Positions 59,975 to 64,000 of a stretch of 64,000 bases of DNA are shown here, one piece after another. Location of the stretch: contig JAHLWZ010000836.1 in the NCBI GenBank assembly GCA_020536535.1, forward strand, positions 25,513 to 89,512, read 5' to 3'. The notes beneath the pieces are model-generated. The model ran no database searches. It was not told the DNA's origin and saw only the letters and a list, made by a program, of their open reading frames with translations. This DNA is from Pelomyxa schiedti (taxonomy: Eukaryota > Protista > Evosea). How positions within the stretch are numbered: position 1 is the stretch's first letter; every line of letters begins with the position of its first letter. A program made the position numbers and the translations under genes.

Positions 59975-62900
59975 ATGGCGCTAGGAGTGGGCAACAGTTT
60001 GAATCGCGGCCTGGAAGAAGCTGGAAACACTTGCGGCCATGCTCTGTGCTCCCTATGCGCCGAGGCAGCCATCGCTCGCTCACTCCTGGCTTCCCACATC
60101 CCCACCGCATCTAGCGTGACAGAGGCTCCGTTGCAAGCAACACCAGCCGTGGATGCGAGTATCGCGTGCCAGCACAAGGGGTGCAGCGGCGTCACGACGG
60201 CGCGGGTTCAGCTGCCTTTATCCCTCGCAGAGGCTGGGTTCGGGAACATCAACACCCGCCAGACTGAGACTGACACTGAGCCAGGGGCTGAAGCGAGACG
60301 CCGCTCTGGCAGGGACTGTCAGGGACCTATCTGCCAATCTTGTGCACACTTCTCAACAGTGTCTCCAACTTGAAACAGTAAGAGGCTCTCCCCCATAAAT
60401 ATCTTCTCACCAAAACAACAAAAGCAAACCGAAGGAGGGTTATGTTCAGTGTGTTGACTGCATGGGTGACTTCAGGATTCTGTGCCAGTCTCCACCTGGA
60501 AAAAGTTCGTTGAGACTATTTGTTGATAACCCTTTGATCCCGGTGTCATTCAAGCAGACGTTTGGTGCTCATTCTCTTCCGAAACCAGACACTCTCGACT
60601 GCTCCTCAACCATTTTCTTCGACTTCACACTCCCATCTGATGTGGAGGTCAAATTGCCAACAGACGCACCGCCTGACTTGATGGAACTGAAGGAAATTTC
60701 ACCCAAGCACTTCCACCTCTGGGCCAAGCTGAAAGAAACGAACGAATTGCACAGAGTCATCAAGTTTGTGATTGGGGATGCCACAGTTCCAAAGTTTGAT
60801 GTCGTTCCGGGCCATGGTGTTGTCAATCTCCCTGCAATCATCCTCTTTAATGTTGGCATGCTTGTCGGTAACTTCATTAAAAAATCCATTGTGAAACTAT
60901 TGGCTCGTCTTTATCTGCGAGCAAATGTGATCCAAGTTGGAGCATGGAACAGCTGTGCACAGCTTGTTGTGCACTCATCTTCACCCTGCAACTGGCTTTC
61001 TCCAGTAGGTGCTGTTTTAATGGCAATTGGGAAAAGAGGAGAAGAGGATGAGGATGAGGATGGGGAAAAGGAAGAGGAAGAGGAAGAAGGCCGCCTTGAC
61101 ATGAACGACCTGGGCGATGCAATTCAACGAAGATTGAAAGGCTTTCCACTTTCCTCCAAGTTCCGTGATTTGCCTCCATCTACCGAAGAGACAGTGACTT
61201 CGTCATCGTCATCAGGAGGAAGTGGAGTCGAAAGTGAACTCCGAGAAATGTTGACTCGATCGTCAGTCTTGAAACAGTTTGTCCCCTTCCTCTCCTCCTC
61301 CTCCTCCTCTTCTCTGTTTCAAAACTCATTTTTCCCATTTTTGTCTTCTGTTCCTTCTGTGGAATGATGTCTCTCCTCTCTCCTTTTTTCCCCGATTCTG
61401 GATGATGGTGAACAGCAAGCCACTGTGTGGAAGTTTCCAGTGCATTGACATCATGTGCAACTTCCACCCAATATGCTCCAGTTCACACAATGCCTATCTT
61501 CAACTGTTCGTTGACAACCCAATGCTGATTGCCTCTGTGAAGCAAACTTTCATGCCTCCGAGTGTCCTGTCACCGACTGCTGCATTCTTCAAGCCATACC
61601 TCTTTTTTGATGTATCAGTCCCTTCTGGAGTGTCTCCCTCTTTCCTGAAGGAAATTCCTGATGAGCTGGAAAAGATCGTGGAATTACAGCAAGTCTCTTC
61701 GACACGATTCCACCTCTGGCTGGAGCTCTCTGTTGAGGAGAGTAGTTTCTTGGCTGCAGTGAAGTTTATTGTGGGAACCCATCAACTGGAATGAGCGATG
61801 GCACCGTGATTCCTGGATATGGTGTTGTCAATGTACCAGTCATCACTCTTTTTGGACTTTGTGTCTTGTTCCACCTTTCTATCGCTAGAAAGGAGGGGAT
61901 GGTGGAAGCAGTTGTGTCATACATTTCCAAGGTTGCTCTCCAGGTTGTTGTGCACCAGTTGGCTGGTTACTTCCCAATGATTGGCCAAATTACAGTTAAC
62001 CCTCTGTTTCCTTGTGCTTGGCTTGCTCCACTCGTTGTTGCCCTATGTTCTGCGAATGTTGGAGTTCAAGGGATATCTTCTGAGATTCCTATGACAGAAC
62101 TCCGCGACTTTGATCTCATGGGGAAACTAACTTCCAAGATGTTTCCGAGGGAAGAAGAGGCCAACAATGATTTGGGCCCTAAGCCTGAAATCGCCAAAGA
62201 GAGTGATATGTTATGGGTTCACACTCATTATGATTGGTGATAGTTGGTGTGTATTCATTACCCAACCACTTTCAACTCTTCTCACCCTCTTTCGCAGTGC
62301 TGGGAAGACATCCATCAGGAACCAGTGTGTTTGTTCTTTGTGTTGTGTTCTGCTAGTTCCGTGTCACTCACCCATTTTTTAACAGATATGTGATGCACAC
62401 ATTTTCCTCGTTGTACTGGGCCACAATAGGTGCAGACTTCCTAGTACATGTATGACTCCACTTTTTTTATGAGTTTGGCTCTTTTTTACCTCTTCCATTT
62501 TCAGGATGCGCATAACTGGATCATGGGCGAAGGGGTGAAGGTGTCACATTTGGCTTCCATTCCTTTGGTGTGCTTTGTTGTGGAGTCTAATTGTATTTAA
62601 AGGTCAAAATGTAAAAATTGTTGTTGTACCTTTTTCAAGGGATATTTGTTTTTTTCACGGAAATCAGACCATTGAAACTTTTCCCTCAGTGAAACACTTG
62701 GGCTCACTCAGTAAGGTGTTTGTCTACCATGTGGACCTTTGTGCTTGTTGTTTGGAAGAGGTTGGTTACCCCTAAAACCTTTGCCCCTGGACAAAGGTTT
62801 TGAGAGGAAAAAAAGCTTTGCCCCATGGGTGAAGAAAAAAGGGTGAAGGTGTCAGTGTTTTCTGCTATAAAGCTTCGCCCCAAAACCTCTGCCCCATGAT

Positions 62901-63502
62901 CCAGTTATGCAATGGCTGCTGGGGAGCACCTGCAAATCAAAGTATACCAGTCGTTTCATCCTGCCCTTTTTTTTTTAGAACAAAATAGATATGGGACACA
63001 GCTGGGCAAAATAGATTCCGGTCAATTCCTGCATACAACTGTATGTCCACTGGAATAACAATGCCTTTTAACCAACATCCAAAAAAAAAAAAAAAAAGGT
63101 TTGGAAGTCTGCATTCTTGTGTTTGATGTCACCAAGAAAAAAACATTTGAAAATCTTGATGGGTGGTGCAGTGACTTCCCCGTTGCAAGAAGAGCAAATA
63201 GTGGTGTCATGCTGTCTTTTGTTGGAAACAAAATTGATTGTGGGTGTGAAAGACAGGTTTATCTGCTCTTTTTCACCTACACATTCATCATACATCGAAC
63301 AGGTAACAGCTACGGAGGCACTACAATGGTGCGCAAAAGGACCTAATTTCCACTTCTTTGAGGTTTGCTTTCATTTTCGTTTGGCCCCCTTACCGTAATA
63401 AATCAACAGGTCAGTGCCAAGGACGGCACCAACATCACGAACTTCTTACAGAGCGTATGGGATATCACAGCCACCCCCTTCCTCCAGAAGCTAAAGTTCT
63501 AA
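59975..63502 (+). CDS. Multidomain protein: partial RING, two tandem ~200-aa unknown repeats, C-terminal Rab7-like GTPase without prenylation Cys; interrupted by a frameshift and a MITE
   Basis: CGHALCSLC...CQHKGC; duplicated LFVDNP...KQTF...FHLW...PG.GVVN.P; IGDS/AGKTS, ATIGADFL, IWDTAGQ, ILVFDVT, VGNKID, EVSAKDG. Confidence 0.65.
62515..62905. mobile_element. Non-autonomous DNA transposon (MITE, 391 bp) with TA target duplication
   Basis: TA-ACTGGATCATGGG...CCCATGATCCAGT-TA terminal inverted repeats; subterminal (T/C)(T/C)GCCCC repeats; GGGTGAAGGTGTCA present twice; no coding capacity. Confidence 0.85.
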
Positions 63503-63528
63503 ATAAAAAAAATCCTTTGTTCGTTGAA

Positions 63529-64000
63529 ATGCAACAAAACGACGAAGAGGCGCAACAACCGACCAGTACCACGACCAAGACCCGGTGCGATGTGTGCACG
63601 AGGTTGCTGGAGGACCCCGTGGCGCTGGACTGCGGCCACTTCCTCTGCTCCCTCTGCGCTGAGGCAGCCCTCGCCGGCGCCCTCGTGGCCTCGCGCTTCC
63701 CCTCTGCCCCGCGCGCCCCTCCGTCTCTTGGCGCACCTTGCACCCCCCCTCCTCCCACTCCTCCTCTCGCTCCTGCCGCCTGTCCCCCAGGGACCACGGC
63801 CTCGGCCACCCCCGACTGCCCAGCACCACCACCACCACCACAGGCCTCCCTGCCGGCCCTCGCAGCGGCGGCCGCTGCTACCACACGCAGCGAAACCCCC
63901 GCCATGGACGACGACGAGGGCCCAGTCGAGGTCCCCCTCGCGTGCCCGCACCAGGGCTGCAAAGGTGGTGCAACGGTCGTCCGCCTCCGCGTGACGGCAG
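63529..64000 (+). CDS. RING-finger protein (paralogue of the 59975 gene), truncated by the window end
   Basis: MQQND...RCDVCTRLLEDPVALDCGHFLCSLCAEAA...ACPHQGC; frame open to the window end. Confidence 0.8.
   Translation, partial: MQQNDEEAQQPTSTTTKTRCDVCTRLLEDPVALDCGHFLCSLCAEAALAGALVASRFPSAPRAPPSLGAPCTPPPPTPPLAPAACPPGTTASATPDCPAPPPPPQASLPALAAAAAATTRSETPAMDDDEGPVEVPLACPHQGCKGGATVVRLRVTA

Noticed and set aside
1-64000. Stop-codon reassignment, selenocysteine recoding, CRISPR arrays, rRNA
   Set aside because: In the genes I spliced, in-frame stops fall in introns and all three stop codons terminate genes; no repeat-spacer arrays or rRNA motifs were seen.

Overview
Gene-dense eukaryotic genomic DNA with about 30 protein-coding genes and many short (mostly 35-60 nt) spliceosomal introns. 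Gene content and style suggest an amoebozoan protist, possibly Pelomyxa-like Archamoebae; that is inference and was not searched. Recognisable genes: an HxxxDG acyltransferase, two RasGEFs (one fused to PH/RhoGAP-like domains), an expansin, an SDR, a C39-like peptidase, a tandem GH3 pair, a PSF1-POLE2-SMC2 cluster, a HAD-IIA hydrolase, ankyrin and Sel1 repeat proteins, a bacterial-type glycoside hydrolase, an atypical Rho GTPase, CapZ alpha, probable MED11, METTL2/6, NOMO and a RING-Rab fusion. The main finding is at 1802-1990 (minus strand): a complete, internally consistent tRNA-Asn(GTT) encoded in circularly permuted order (nt 44-73, an 8-nt spacer, then nt 1-43). It is broken at 43/44 and set inside a larger base-paired leader/trailer scaffold ending in TTTT. 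Other notable items: a PARP-like ADP-ribosyltransferase running into an ATG-less Nudix ORF across a one-base frameshift; TRIM-type and TRAF-type E3 ligases both ending in an ALK/LTK-like glycine-rich domain; a dispersed ~80-bp hairpin element; and a TA-flanked MITE inside a Rab domain. All gene models were spliced by eye and boundaries are approximate.
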